NCBI GenBank assembly: GCA_039030295.1
Contig: JBCCEK010000004.1
Span: forward strand, 1 to 62,392
Direction of reading: 5' to 3'
DNA: 62,392 bases
From: Myxococcota bacterium
GTDB lineage: Bacteria > Myxococcota_A > Polyangia > Polyangiales > Houyiibacteriaceae
Below, piece after piece: positions 24,792 through 32,659 of the stretch. Each line of letters opens with the position of its first letter. The first letter of the stretch is position 1. The position numbers and the translations under genes were made by a program. Below the pieces are notes generated by a model. That model was not told the DNA's origin. It made no database searches and saw only the letters and a program-made list of their open reading frames with translations.

Positions 24792-26567
24792 CTACACGTC
24801 TTCGCGCGTGTCTCGTCCGGAGCTGCACTCCGCATCTTCCCCGAAGTCGATGTCACCGTCGCCGTCGTTGTCGATCCCGTCACTACACCCGGGGTTCGGG
24901 AACTCGCGGGTGTCATCGGGAAACGCGCAGCCTAGGTCGTCGGGGAAGTCGGTTTCCCCGTCGCCATCGTTGTCTACCCCATCACGGCACTCGGGCGTCG
25001 TGTCGGTTTCGTTGTCGTCGGTCGGGAAGCTGCAACCCGGGTCCTGCCCGTAGTCGATGAGGCCGTCGCCGTCGTTGTCGATCCCGTCCTGGCACCGGAT
25101 CTCGGGGAACTCGAAGAGGTCGAGAACGCTCGCGCAGCCCAGATCGTCAGGAAAATCGATGTTGCCGTCGCCGTCGTTGTCGATCCCGTCGCCGCACTCG
25201 AAAACGACCCCGCCGATCTCGTCGGCATCGAGAGGGCCCGAGCACTTCGGGTCTTCGCCGTAGTCGGTCAAGCCATCGCCGTCGTTGTCGATCCCGTCCT
25301 GGCACTGGATGTCGGGCGACTCCAGCGTGTCGTTGCTATTGGCGCAACCCTTGTCGTCCGGGAAGTCGATGGCGCCATCGCCATCGTTGTCGATCCCATC
25401 GCTGCATTCCACCACGGCTCCGGCACGTTCGTCAGAGTCGAGAGGGCTCGTGCACTTCGGGTCTTCGCCGTAATCGGTCAAGCCATCGCCGTCGTTGTCG
25501 ATCCCGTCTTGGCACTGGATGTCCGGGAACTCCTGCAAGTCGTTCCCGCTCCCGCAACCCTTGTCGTCCGGGAAGTCGATCGCGCCATCGCCATCGTTGT
25601 CGATCCCGTCGCTACACTCGACGACGACGCCGGCGACCTCGTCAGAGTCGAGCGGGCTCGAGCACTTGGGATCCTCGCCGTAGTCGGTCAGCCCGTTGCC
25701 ATCGTTGTCGATCCCGTCTTGGCACTGGATGTCCGGGAACTCCAGCGTGTCATTGCTGCTCAAACAGCCCTTGTCGTCGGGAAAGTCAATCGCACCGTCA
25801 CCGTCGTTGTCGATGCCGTCGCTGCACTCGGCCGCGGCTCCGCCAATCTCATCGGTATCGAGCGGGCTCGAGCACTTCGGGTCTTCGCCGTAGTCAGTCA
25901 ACCCGTTGCCGTCGTTGTCGATCCCGTCTTGGCACTGGATGTCCGGGAACTCCAGCGTGTCATTGCTACTCAGGCAGCCTTTATCGTCCGGGAAGTCGAT
26001 CGCGCCATCACCGTCGTTGTCCTCGCCGTCTTGGCATTCGGGGACGACGTCGGTTTCGTCAGCGTCGATGGCGCTGAGGCAGCCTGGGTCTTGCCCGTAG
26101 TCGATGAAGCCGTCGCCATCGTTGTCGACCCCGTCTTGGCAAGGAATGTCCGGAAACTCGAGGGTGTCTAGCGCACTCGAGCACCCTGCGTCGGCCGGGA
26201 AGTCCACTTCGCCGTCGCCGTCGTTGTCGACCCCGTCGCCGCATTCGGGCAGCGTGTCGACCTCACTGGCACCATCGGGGCTTCCACAGCCGATGTCGGA
26301 GCCATAGTCCGTGAACCCGTCGCCGTCGTTGTCGACGCCGTCCGAACAGACAGGGTTGCCTTCTTCGGAACCGGCCAACGGATTGCCAAAGCAACCAGGG
26401 TCGGCCAGGTCAACGAAGCCATCATTGTCGTTGTCGGCACCATCAGAGCATGGAAGCTGGTTGAAGTCGATCGTGGCCCCGCCGTCATCGCTGCAACCCA
26501 CGACCACGCTCGGGAGAGCCGCCACCCCGACGCCCACTAGAACCCAAGTAAACACCCGTGCCGACAT
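24792..26567 (-). CDS. acidic repeat lipoprotein with 16 Cys-bracketed DNDGDG (EF-hand/thrombospondin-type-3-like, MopE-like) modules
   Basis: ORF 24792..27155 trimmed to ATG 26567 (MSARVFTWVLVGVGVAALPSVVVGC lipobox). It carries 16 copies of C-x-D-G-x-D-N-D-G-D-G-x-x-D-[FY]-x-x-D-x-x-C. These alternate between the ..AIDFPDDKGC and ..LTDYGEDPKC types. Confidence 0.8.
   Translation of the reverse strand: MSARVFTWVLVGVGVAALPSVVVGCSDDGGATIDFNQLPCSDGADNDNDGFVDLADPGCFGNPLAGSEEGNPVCSDGVDNDGDGFTDYGSDIGCGSPDGASEVDTLPECGDGVDNDGDGEVDFPADAGCSSALDTLEFPDIPCQDGVDNDGDGFIDYGQDPGCLSAIDADETDVVPECQDGEDNDGDGAIDFPDDKGCLSSNDTLEFPDIQCQDGIDNDGNGLTDYGEDPKCSSPLDTDEIGGAAAECSDGIDNDGDGAIDFPDDKGCLSSNDTLEFPDIQCQDGIDNDGNGLTDYGEDPKCSSPLDSDEVAGVVVECSDGIDNDGDGAIDFPDDKGCGSGNDLQEFPDIQCQDGIDNDGDGLTDYGEDPKCTSPLDSDERAGAVVECSDGIDNDGDGAIDFPDDKGCANSNDTLESPDIQCQDGIDNDGDGLTDYGEDPKCSGPLDADEIGGVVFECGDGIDNDGDGNIDFPDDLGCASVLDLFEFPEIRCQDGIDNDGDGLIDYGQDPGCSFPTDDNETDTTPECRDGVDNDGDGETDFPDDLGCAFPDDTREFPNPGCSDGIDNDGDGDIDFGEDAECSSGRDTREDV
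24830..26460. repeat. in-frame tandem DNA repeats, ~210 bp super-unit (two ~105-bp modules)
   Basis: Antisense track ORFs recur at 25285, 25495, 25696 and 25906, a step of about 210 bp. Long near-identical stretches recur, e.g. gtcgatcccgtcttggcactggatgtccgggaactccagcgtgtcattgct in consecutive units. Confidence 0.75.
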
Positions 26568-26676
26568 GTCTCGCCCCTTACTTGCCCGAAACGACGCTAT
26601 CACGGGGGCCGAACCCTCGCGTAATCCTCTGCAAGCGGGTATGGTCACGCCCGAAACCGCAAGGAGGGATGCGCAC

Positions 26677-26898
26677 ATGAAGAAGTTCTTGCCCCTTATG
26701 TTTCTATTGGTGAGCGGGCTCGGCATGCTCGGATGCGAAGACGAAGTGTTTCTGTGCGAAGGCGGCGAGTGCGTCGACGACCAAGAGTGCTTCGACGAGT
26801 GCGCGAACACGTGTATCGAAGGAACCTTCAACCTCGCCGCGCTCGAATGCACGCTGGGAGGCAACTGCCTTTGCGAGTGCTTCGTCGGGTGTCGTTGA
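26677..26898 (+). CDS. 73-aa cysteine-rich lipoprotein (hypothetical)
   Basis: RBS AAGGAGGG 8 nt before ATG 26677. MKKFLPLMFLLVSGLGMLGC lipobox. The mature 54 aa hold 11 Cys (CEDEVFLCEGGECVDDQECFDECANTCIEG..CTLGGNCLCECFVGCR). The track lists it inside a longer ORF, 26311..26898. Confidence 0.55.
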   Translation: MKKFLPLMFLLVSGLGMLGCEDEVFLCEGGECVDDQECFDECANTCIEGTFNLAALECTLGGNCLCECFVGCR

Positions 26899-26902
26899 GC
26901 GC

Positions 26903-27805
26903 TTAGCCTGCGGTGGGCGAGCTCGGACGGCCACTGCGAGCCACGCTCAAAATACCAGCCGCGACCAGGACGGCACCAAACACGCTGAGCACGTTGGGGT
27001 ACTCGCCGAACAGCAGAACGCCCCAGCCGTAGGCGAGGATGATCTGCAGGTACGTGACTGAGGACGCGCGGCCCGCGGTCTCGAGCTTGTAGCCCTTGGT
27101 GATCTCGATCTGCCCAAGCTGAGCGGTGATGCCGATTCCCAGCAGGAGAAGCCACTCGATCGGCGTGGGGGGTACCAAGCCCTCCAAGGCGAGGACCGGG
27201 ATCGACGCCGGACCGGTGATCAGCGGAAAGTAGAAAACGACGACAAGGTGGTGCTCGGTCGCCCCGAGGCGACGGATGATCACGTAGGAGATGCCCGAGA
27301 AGATGGCGCCTAGAACGCCCACCACGACGGCCGTCGGGTCGAGGGACTCACCGGCGCCGAAGACGAAAGCGGGCTGCGCCACCAACACAACACCCACCAT
27401 GCAGAGCAGCAGCGCGAAGCCGTCCGACCGACGTAGCCGCTCGCGCAAGGCGATGGCCGCCACGACCGCCGCGATCATCGGATTCGAGAACTGGATCACC
27501 GTCGCGTCTGCCAGCGGCAGGTGCGTGATCGAGTAGAAGTAGCAGCTCAGCCCCGCGAAACCGACAAAGCCTCGAGCGAGCAGAAGGCGCCGGTTGTTTC
27601 CCCACGGGTTGATGCCCAGGTTCCAAAGCGCCCAAGCGCTCATCACGAAGGTGACGACGACACGCGCGAGCACGAGCTCCATCGTCGGAAGGTGCTCTCC
27701 TGCGGCCTTCGCGAATACGCTCATGACGCTGAAGAAGAGGGAGCCAACCACCATGTGTCGGAGCCCTTTCGACACACTGCGCCACGGTGGGAGTAAGCTC
27801 GCCAC
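26903..27805 (-). CDS. DMT-superfamily (EamA-like) transporter
   Basis: ORF 26903..28087. Start set to GTG 27805 to avoid overlapping the divergent gene; ATG 27754 is an alternative. Multiple hydrophobic helices in two EamA-like halves. Confidence 0.78.
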   Translation of the reverse strand: MASLLPPWRSVSKGLRHMVVGSLFFSVMSVFAKAAGEHLPTMELVLARVVVTFVMSAWALWNLGINPWGNNRRLLLARGFVGFAGLSCYFYSITHLPLADATVIQFSNPMIAAVVAAIALRERLRRSDGFALLLCMVGVVLVAQPAFVFGAGESLDPTAVVVGVLGAIFSGISYVIIRRLGATEHHLVVVFYFPLITGPASIPVLALEGLVPPTPIEWLLLLGIGITAQLGQIEITKGYKLETAGRASSVTYLQIILAYGWGVLLFGEYPNVLSVFGAVLVAAGILSVARSGRPSSPTAG

Positions 27806-27859
27806 GTCGCCGGTTGTGAACGCAAATGCACCAGGCGCAAGTGGGTGATAGGACCCAGC

Positions 27860-28459
27860 ATGAGAACAATCACGAGAAGCTTCGCTCAGGGTCTGCTCGT
27901 GCTCGCACCCGTTGCGATCACCGCGTGGATCGTCGTGTTCACCGTCACCAAGCTCGACGAGTGGCTCAACGCGCCGATCCCGGGCCTTGGGATCGTCATC
28001 GCCGCCGCCGGGATCACGTTGATCGGCTACCTCACGCGAAACGTGGTCGGAAGCCGACTGGTCTCGTTCTTGGAGGCGGGCCTCCAACGGGTGCCTATCA
28101 TTAAGCTCTTATATAACTCCCTGCGGGATCTCTTTGGAGCGTTCGTCGGGACACAGCGGAAGTTCGACAAACCGGTCGTCGTGGAGCTCAACGAACACGG
28201 TTGGAAGGTGATGGGGTTCCTGACGAGCGAGCACTTCGAGGATCCTCACCTCCGTGGTCACGTCGCGGTCTACCTGCCGGAGTCGTACAACTTCGCCGGG
28301 AACCTCGTGGTGGTCCCGCGTGAGCGTGTCCACGCGCTCGATGCGGACGGCGCCGAGTTCATGGCGTTCATCATGTCGGGCGGCGTGACTGCGATGCACG
28401 CCGCGAGGACGATCGCCGAGGGTGGCCATGAAGGCCTGTCTTCGCTTCGGGAGAGCTGA
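27860..28459 (+). CDS. DUF502-family membrane protein
   Basis: ATG 27860 gives MRTITRSFAQGLLVLAPVAITAWIV..; the track starts at GTG 27845. GLGIVIAAAGITLIGYLTRNVVGSRL..RVPIIKLLYNSLRDL is typical of DUF502. Confidence 0.8.
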   Translation: MRTITRSFAQGLLVLAPVAITAWIVVFTVTKLDEWLNAPIPGLGIVIAAAGITLIGYLTRNVVGSRLVSFLEAGLQRVPIIKLLYNSLRDLFGAFVGTQRKFDKPVVVELNEHGWKVMGFLTSEHFEDPHLRGHVAVYLPESYNFAGNLVVVPRERVHALDADGAEFMAFIMSGGVTAMHAARTIAEGGHEGLSSLRES

Positions 28460-28504
28460 CGCGCCAACGGCCGGCTCGCGCTCTTCGTGTCGTGTCCTCC
28501 GACG

Positions 28505-28966
28505 CTACTTCTTCGGGAAGTACAAGCTGACTGTGTCGGCAATGCACGCAGGTCGGTCTTCGCCTTCGATCTCGACGGTGACCCGAATCACGGCTTGAAT
28601 ACCGCCTTTGGCCTCGTCAGCCGAGATCAATTCGCCGCCACCGCGGACCCGCGCGCCAACCTTGACGGGTGCGGGGAACCGAACCTTGTTCGTCCCGTAG
28701 TTGACCGCAAACTCGAACCCCTCGATGACGGCGATCTGCGGCATGAAGTACGCGACGAGTGCAAGCGTGAGATACCCGTGCGCGATCGTCGCCCCGAACG
28801 GGCCTTCCTTCGCGCGTTCGACATCGACGTGGATCCACTGGTGGTCGCCTGTGGCCTCGGCGAACTGGTCGACTCTCGACTGCTCGATCGTTAGCCACTC
28901 GCTGTGGCCGAGGTGCTGACCCACGGCGTCTTTGAGGTCGAGGGGGGACTTGAACGTAACCGGCAT
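28505..28966 (-). CDS. MaoC-like (R)-specific enoyl-CoA hydratase/dehydratase (hot-dog fold)
   Basis: ORF trimmed to ATG 28966 (MPVTFKSP..). FAEATGDHQWIHVDVERAKEGPFGATIAHGYLTLAL motif. Confidence 0.88.
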   Translation of the reverse strand: MPVTFKSPLDLKDAVGQHLGHSEWLTIEQSRVDQFAEATGDHQWIHVDVERAKEGPFGATIAHGYLTLALVAYFMPQIAVIEGFEFAVNYGTNKVRFPAPVKVGARVRGGGELISADEAKGGIQAVIRVTVEIEGEDRPACIADTVSLYFPKK

Positions 28967-29103
28967 AGTTGGACTCCAGGGGCGAGCGTACCGAGGTCTG
29001 TTCGCGAACGCCACCCGGGAAAGGCGGGGCTTCCGAGCACGTCGGCGCGACGAGCTGCTGCGATCGGAGCGATATGTTACTTTGAAAGAACGCGGAGGGT
29101 GTC

Positions 29104-30003
29104 ATGAAGTGGCTTTGGTGCTTGGGAATCGTCGGGGCGTTCGCGATTGGCTGCGGAGACGCCGAGACCGGTGCCGGAGGACCAGACGGGTCCTTCTCGA
29201 TCAAGTGGGGCCCCACCGAGGTGCCCGCGCAGAGCGAGGCGACCGATTGCGTCGTGCGTAGACTTGGGAACCCAGAGGGAACCTTCATCCACGAGATCCA
29301 GAACGTCCTCGGAGCCACTTCTCACCACTTCATCGTGTACCGTGTGAACGACACGGTGGAGCAGCTTGAACCACAGCCCTGCCAGCCCTTCCTCGACGTC
29401 CTCGAGGACCCACCACTGATCATCACGCAACGCGCGGAGGACCGGCTGGTCTTGCCGGAAGGGGTTGCGTACCAGCTCGAGGCCGATCAGATGATCCGTC
29501 TCGAGCTCCACTACGTGAACCCGAGCGCGGCACCTCAGATGGCGGAGGCGACGTCGACGTTCGTGCCGATGCCGGCCGAAGAGGTCACCGATCTGGCAGA
29601 CGTCATGTTCTTGGGCGACGTGAACATCACTATCCCGCCCACGTCCCTTCACACGGTCGGACCAACCTACATTCGGATTCCGGAGCGCTTCAACGGCGTG
29701 AACTACTTCGCGATCACGGGGCACGAGCACCAGTGGGGCACGAACGTATTCGTCGAGGCAGTGCCGGATGCAGTGTCGCCGGGGACGCCCGTATACGACG
29801 TCGTTAACTTCAGGTGGGACGAGCCGGAAACCGTCACCCACGACCCCCCATTTCAGCTCCCGGACGGCGGTGGCTTCAACCTCACCTGCGACTGGAACAA
29901 CCAGAGCGGCAGCCGCGTGGAGTTCGGAACGGGCGTCGACGACGAGATGTGCTTCTTCTGGGCGTACTACTACCCAAGCCAGGGGCCGCTCGTTCTGTTC
30001 TGA
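29104..30003 (+). CDS. lipoprotein homologous to copper type II ascorbate-dependent monooxygenases (PHM/DBH fold)
   Basis: Lipobox MKWLWCLGIVGAFAIGC. SHHFIVY, LELHYVN, FAITGHEHQWG and DDEMCFFWAYYYP line up with PHM TVHHMLLF, LQVHYGD, YRVHTHHLG and SDEMCNLYIMYY (His/His/His plus His/His/Met copper ligands). Confidence 0.7.
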   Translation: MKWLWCLGIVGAFAIGCGDAETGAGGPDGSFSIKWGPTEVPAQSEATDCVVRRLGNPEGTFIHEIQNVLGATSHHFIVYRVNDTVEQLEPQPCQPFLDVLEDPPLIITQRAEDRLVLPEGVAYQLEADQMIRLELHYVNPSAAPQMAEATSTFVPMPAEEVTDLADVMFLGDVNITIPPTSLHTVGPTYIRIPERFNGVNYFAITGHEHQWGTNVFVEAVPDAVSPGTPVYDVVNFRWDEPETVTHDPPFQLPDGGGFNLTCDWNNQSGSRVEFGTGVDDEMCFFWAYYYPSQGPLVLF

Positions 30004-30011
30004 GCCTCTGC

Positions 30012-30086
30012 GTTTTGGGTTTTCGCGGTGCGGTGTGCAACGCGCTGGAACCAATGCGCTTTTCGGGGGGCGGAGTGACCCCGCTA
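30012..30086 (+). repeat. copy B of the ~74-nt conserved intergenic element
   Basis: Ungapped alignment to 4671..4745 matches 51 of 74 positions by my hand count, including the identical 20-mer at 30014-30033. It ends on the TAG stop (30084-30086) of the minus-strand Spt-like gene. Confidence 0.6.
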
Positions 30087-31313
30087 TTGGGCGGCGGCGG
30101 TGGGGGGGGTGTTTAGGAGGCCGAACTGGTGGCCGTACTGCTTGAGCAGGGTCAGAGCTCGGTCGATGTCTTCGTAGGAGTGGCCGCGTGTGACGTTGAG
30201 GCGGAGCCGTTCCTCACCCTGTTTGACCGCCGGGTACATGATCGGAACCATCAGGACGCCGTTCTCGAGCAGCGCGACGTGCATCATCATCGCTTTCATC
30301 TCGTCGCGGACCATGATGGGCATGATGTGCGTGTCACTGTCGCCGAGGTCAAAACCCATCTCGAGCAGGCCTTTGCGCATGTAGTCCGACTTGTCGTGGA
30401 GCTCCTTGACGAGAGCCTCGCCGTCGGCCTCGAGCATATCGAGGATGGTGCTCGCGACAGCCACGATGGGCACCGGCAGCGACGCGCTGAACAGGAACGA
30501 CCGCGCGTTGTGCTTGATGAAGTCGACGACGTCCTGGCTCCCAAGGAGAATCCCGCCGATCCCGCCGAAGGTCTTCGAGAAGGTGCTGATGACGATATCG
30601 ATCTTGCCCTCGAGGCCGTACTTCTCGATGATGCCCCGCCCCCCATTACCGAGGGTCCCGGTCCCATGTGCGTCGTCGCAGACGATGACGGTGTTCTCGT
30701 GCCTCGCGCAGACGTCGATGAACTCTTGAACCTTCCCTTCGTCTCCATCGAGCGAGTAAATCCCTTCGATGATCACGAGTGCGTTCTTGCGGTCCCGCTT
30801 GGTGAGCACCCGGTCGAGTGCCTTGGCGCTGTTGTGATTGAAGAACCGCACTTCGGGCGCCCTCATTGGAGTCCCCGCGGCGAGGAACGTGCCGTCGAGG
30901 ATGCAGGCGTGGCTGAGGTTGTCGAGGACGATCGTCGTGTCCTTGTCAGCCAGCGCCATGATCGTCCCGACCATCGCTTGGTAGCCGGTGGTGAAGGTCA
31001 GGCAGCTCTCGAAGCCGTACCAATTCGCCAAGCGCTCCTCGAGCTCGAGATGCGTCGTGGCTGTCGCCTGGACCCGCGAAGATCCGAGCCCACACGAGAA
31101 CTGCTCGACGGCCTTTTTGGCGGCCTCCTTGGCGTCCGGATGATTCGTGAGCCCCAAGTAATCGTTGGAACTGAAGTTGACGATCGCCTTGCCGTCGATG
31201 GTCGTGTGGAGACCACCCGACTCAAACGGACGGAAGTAGGGATAGACTTGCTGCCGTTGTGCGTCTCGGACGCGGCCTAGCTCGGCGACCGCCTTTTCGG
31301 TAATCCAACTCAT
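30084..31313 (-). CDS. PLP-dependent alpha-oxoamine synthase (serine palmitoyltransferase-like / AONS family)
   Basis: ORF 30084..31562 trimmed to ATG 31313 (MSWITEK..). NFSSNDYLGLTNHPD, TGYQAMVG, SHACILDG, and PLP-lysine context ISTFSKTFGG. Confidence 0.85.
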   Translation of the reverse strand: MSWITEKAVAELGRVRDAQRQQVYPYFRPFESGGLHTTIDGKAIVNFSSNDYLGLTNHPDAKEAAKKAVEQFSCGLGSSRVQATATTHLELEERLANWYGFESCLTFTTGYQAMVGTIMALADKDTTIVLDNLSHACILDGTFLAAGTPMRAPEVRFFNHNSAKALDRVLTKRDRKNALVIIEGIYSLDGDEGKVQEFIDVCARHENTVIVCDDAHGTGTLGNGGRGIIEKYGLEGKIDIVISTFSKTFGGIGGILLGSQDVVDFIKHNARSFLFSASLPVPIVAVASTILDMLEADGEALVKELHDKSDYMRKGLLEMGFDLGDSDTHIMPIMVRDEMKAMMMHVALLENGVLMVPIMYPAVKQGEERLRLNVTRGHSYEDIDRALTLLKQYGHQFGLLNTPPTAAAQ

Positions 31314-31382
31314 GAACTCTGCGGGCGGTTTATGGCGCGCGCGACGACTCGCGCAAGGTACCGTAGTTCCGACGAGAGACAA

Positions 31383-31417
31383 CATTTGAAACAGGTCGGC
31401 CGGCCAGTTTTCAAATG
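31383..31417. promoter_or_regulatory. AT-rich inverted repeat CATTTGAAA-N17-TTTCAAATG in the divergent Spt-like/ACP promoter region
   Basis: Perfect 9-nt arms at 31383-31391 and 31409-31417. The spacer contains the palindrome GGCCGGCC. It lies 39 nt upstream of the ACP ATG and 70 nt upstream of the Spt-like ATG. Confidence 0.45.
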
Positions 31418-31455
31418 CTTGACCGGATCCGGGAACCCAAGCATAAACGGGCGGC

Positions 31456-31689
31456 ATGTCGGAAACACTCAAAGAGGAGCTGCGGCAGATCATCGTCGAA
31501 GTCACCGAAGTGGAAGATATCCCGGAGGAAACCCCGTTCGCGGATCTGGGCATCGACAGCATGATGGCGATCGAGATCGTCGCCGATGTCGAGAAGAACT
31601 ACGACGTCACGATCGAGGAAGAAGAGCTCCCCGAGCTGATTCACCTCCAGGCCGTGTACGACAAGGTCAAAGAGAAACTCGGCTCCTAG
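31456..31689 (+). CDS. acyl carrier protein
   Basis: 77 aa, acidic, with phosphopantetheine attachment motif DLGIDSMMAIE. Confidence 0.88.
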   Translation: MSETLKEELRQIIVEVTEVEDIPEETPFADLGIDSMMAIEIVADVEKNYDVTIEEEELPELIHLQAVYDKVKEKLGS

Positions 31690-31715
31690 ACCGAGTTCAC
31701 GCTGACCTGGTCTAG
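31686..31715. terminator. hairpin between convergent ACP and acetyltransferase genes (possible bidirectional terminator)
   Basis: CTAGACC (31686-31692) pairs with GGTCTAG (31709-31715) across a 16-nt loop. No U tract, so this is weak. Confidence 0.3.
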
Positions 31716-31716
31716 C

Positions 31717-32610
31717 CTACTTGGCGCGGCCGAAGATCTTGGATCCTGGCGGCACCGATCGCGTCAGCCAGACGTTGCCGCCGATGACGCTGCCGCGCCC
31801 GATAACCGTGTCCCCGCCGTGGATCGAGGCGCCCGCGTAGATCGTGACGTCATCCTCGATCGTGGGGTGACGCTTCTGTCCCGGCCCGGATTCGATGTCG
31901 CCGCGCGAGACACTCAGCGCGCCCAGGGTGACACCCTGGTACAGCTTGACGTTGTTGCCGATGACGGCTGTCGCCCCGATGACCACCCCGGTGCCATGGT
32001 CAATGAAAAAGCTGTCTCCGATGCGAGCCCCGGGGTTGATGTCGATGCCGGTCTCGCTGTGTGCATGCTCCGTGATGATCCGAGGGATCATAGGCACGTT
32101 GGCGAGGTGCAACTCGTGGGCCACTCGGTACGCAGTGATCGCCTCGATGCTCGGGTAGCTGAACACGACTTCTTCGATGCCAGCGGCGGCCGGGTCGCCC
32201 TCGAAGGCTGCACGCACGTCTTTGTCGAGCGTCTTTCGGAGTTCTGGAATCTTCGCGAAGAGGCTCAGAACGACTTCCTCACTCCAACCCTCCGGACGCC
32301 GGCCTCCAAGTCGTCCGGTGCTCTCTTCGTATCGAACGGCGCGATCGATCTGCTCGACTAGGATGTCTTGCGCCGGGTAGACGTGCTCGCTGATCGCGTA
32401 GCGTAGGTTGGTTCGGTTGAGAGAGCGCGTGCTGTAGAAGCCCATGTAGAGAACGGGCTTGATGTGATGAAACGCAGTGATGACGGCCCGCTTGTTTGGC
32501 AAGGCAGCGCTGTCGAGATTGTTGATCTCGTCCTCGCCGTCATACGACTTCGCAATGAGATCGATGACGTTCTCGAGGTCCTGATGACGCTTCGGTTTCT
32601 CTGCCGTCAT
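31717..32610 (-). CDS. serine O-acetyltransferase (long, EpsC/CysE-like hexapeptide transferase)
   Basis: Hexapeptide-repeat C-terminus GIDINPGARIGDSFFIDHGTGVVIGATAVIGNNVKLYQGVTLG..HPTIEDDVTIYAGASI. Helical N-terminal domain. Confidence 0.85.
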   Translation of the reverse strand: MTAEKPKRHQDLENVIDLIAKSYDGEDEINNLDSAALPNKRAVITAFHHIKPVLYMGFYSTRSLNRTNLRYAISEHVYPAQDILVEQIDRAVRYEESTGRLGGRRPEGWSEEVVLSLFAKIPELRKTLDKDVRAAFEGDPAAAGIEEVVFSYPSIEAITAYRVAHELHLANVPMIPRIITEHAHSETGIDINPGARIGDSFFIDHGTGVVIGATAVIGNNVKLYQGVTLGALSVSRGDIESGPGQKRHPTIEDDVTIYAGASIHGGDTVIGRGSVIGGNVWLTRSVPPGSKIFGRAK

Positions 32611-32659
32611 GGCTCGTCTATGTGTAGCATGGGCGCCCCGTCAACGGCGAAATCGCCGG

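Noticed and set aside
25285-26100. Series of 62-65-aa plus-strand ORFs recurring every ~210 bp (MSIPSWHWMSG...)
   Set aside because: They are a periodic by-product of the tandem repeats, read antisense to the DNDGDG lipoprotein gene. They are Ser/Pro-rich, lack RBSs, and their periodicity simply mirrors the repeat unit.
24830-26460. Regular repeats considered as a CRISPR array
   Set aside because: The repeats are contiguous with no unique spacers and remain in one reading frame. They encode a coherent modular protein with a signal peptide. No cas genes are present.
26568-27155. N-terminal 196 aa of track ORF 24792..27155; similar long extensions on ORFs 33676..35616, 30084..31562, 38403..39845, 23218..24234, 48925..49518 and 19492..21855
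   Set aside because: The extensions are Arg/Ser/Pro-rich and overlap neighbouring genes or promoters. They precede internal ATG/GTG codons that give canonical family N-termini or signal peptides. Starts were moved accordingly.
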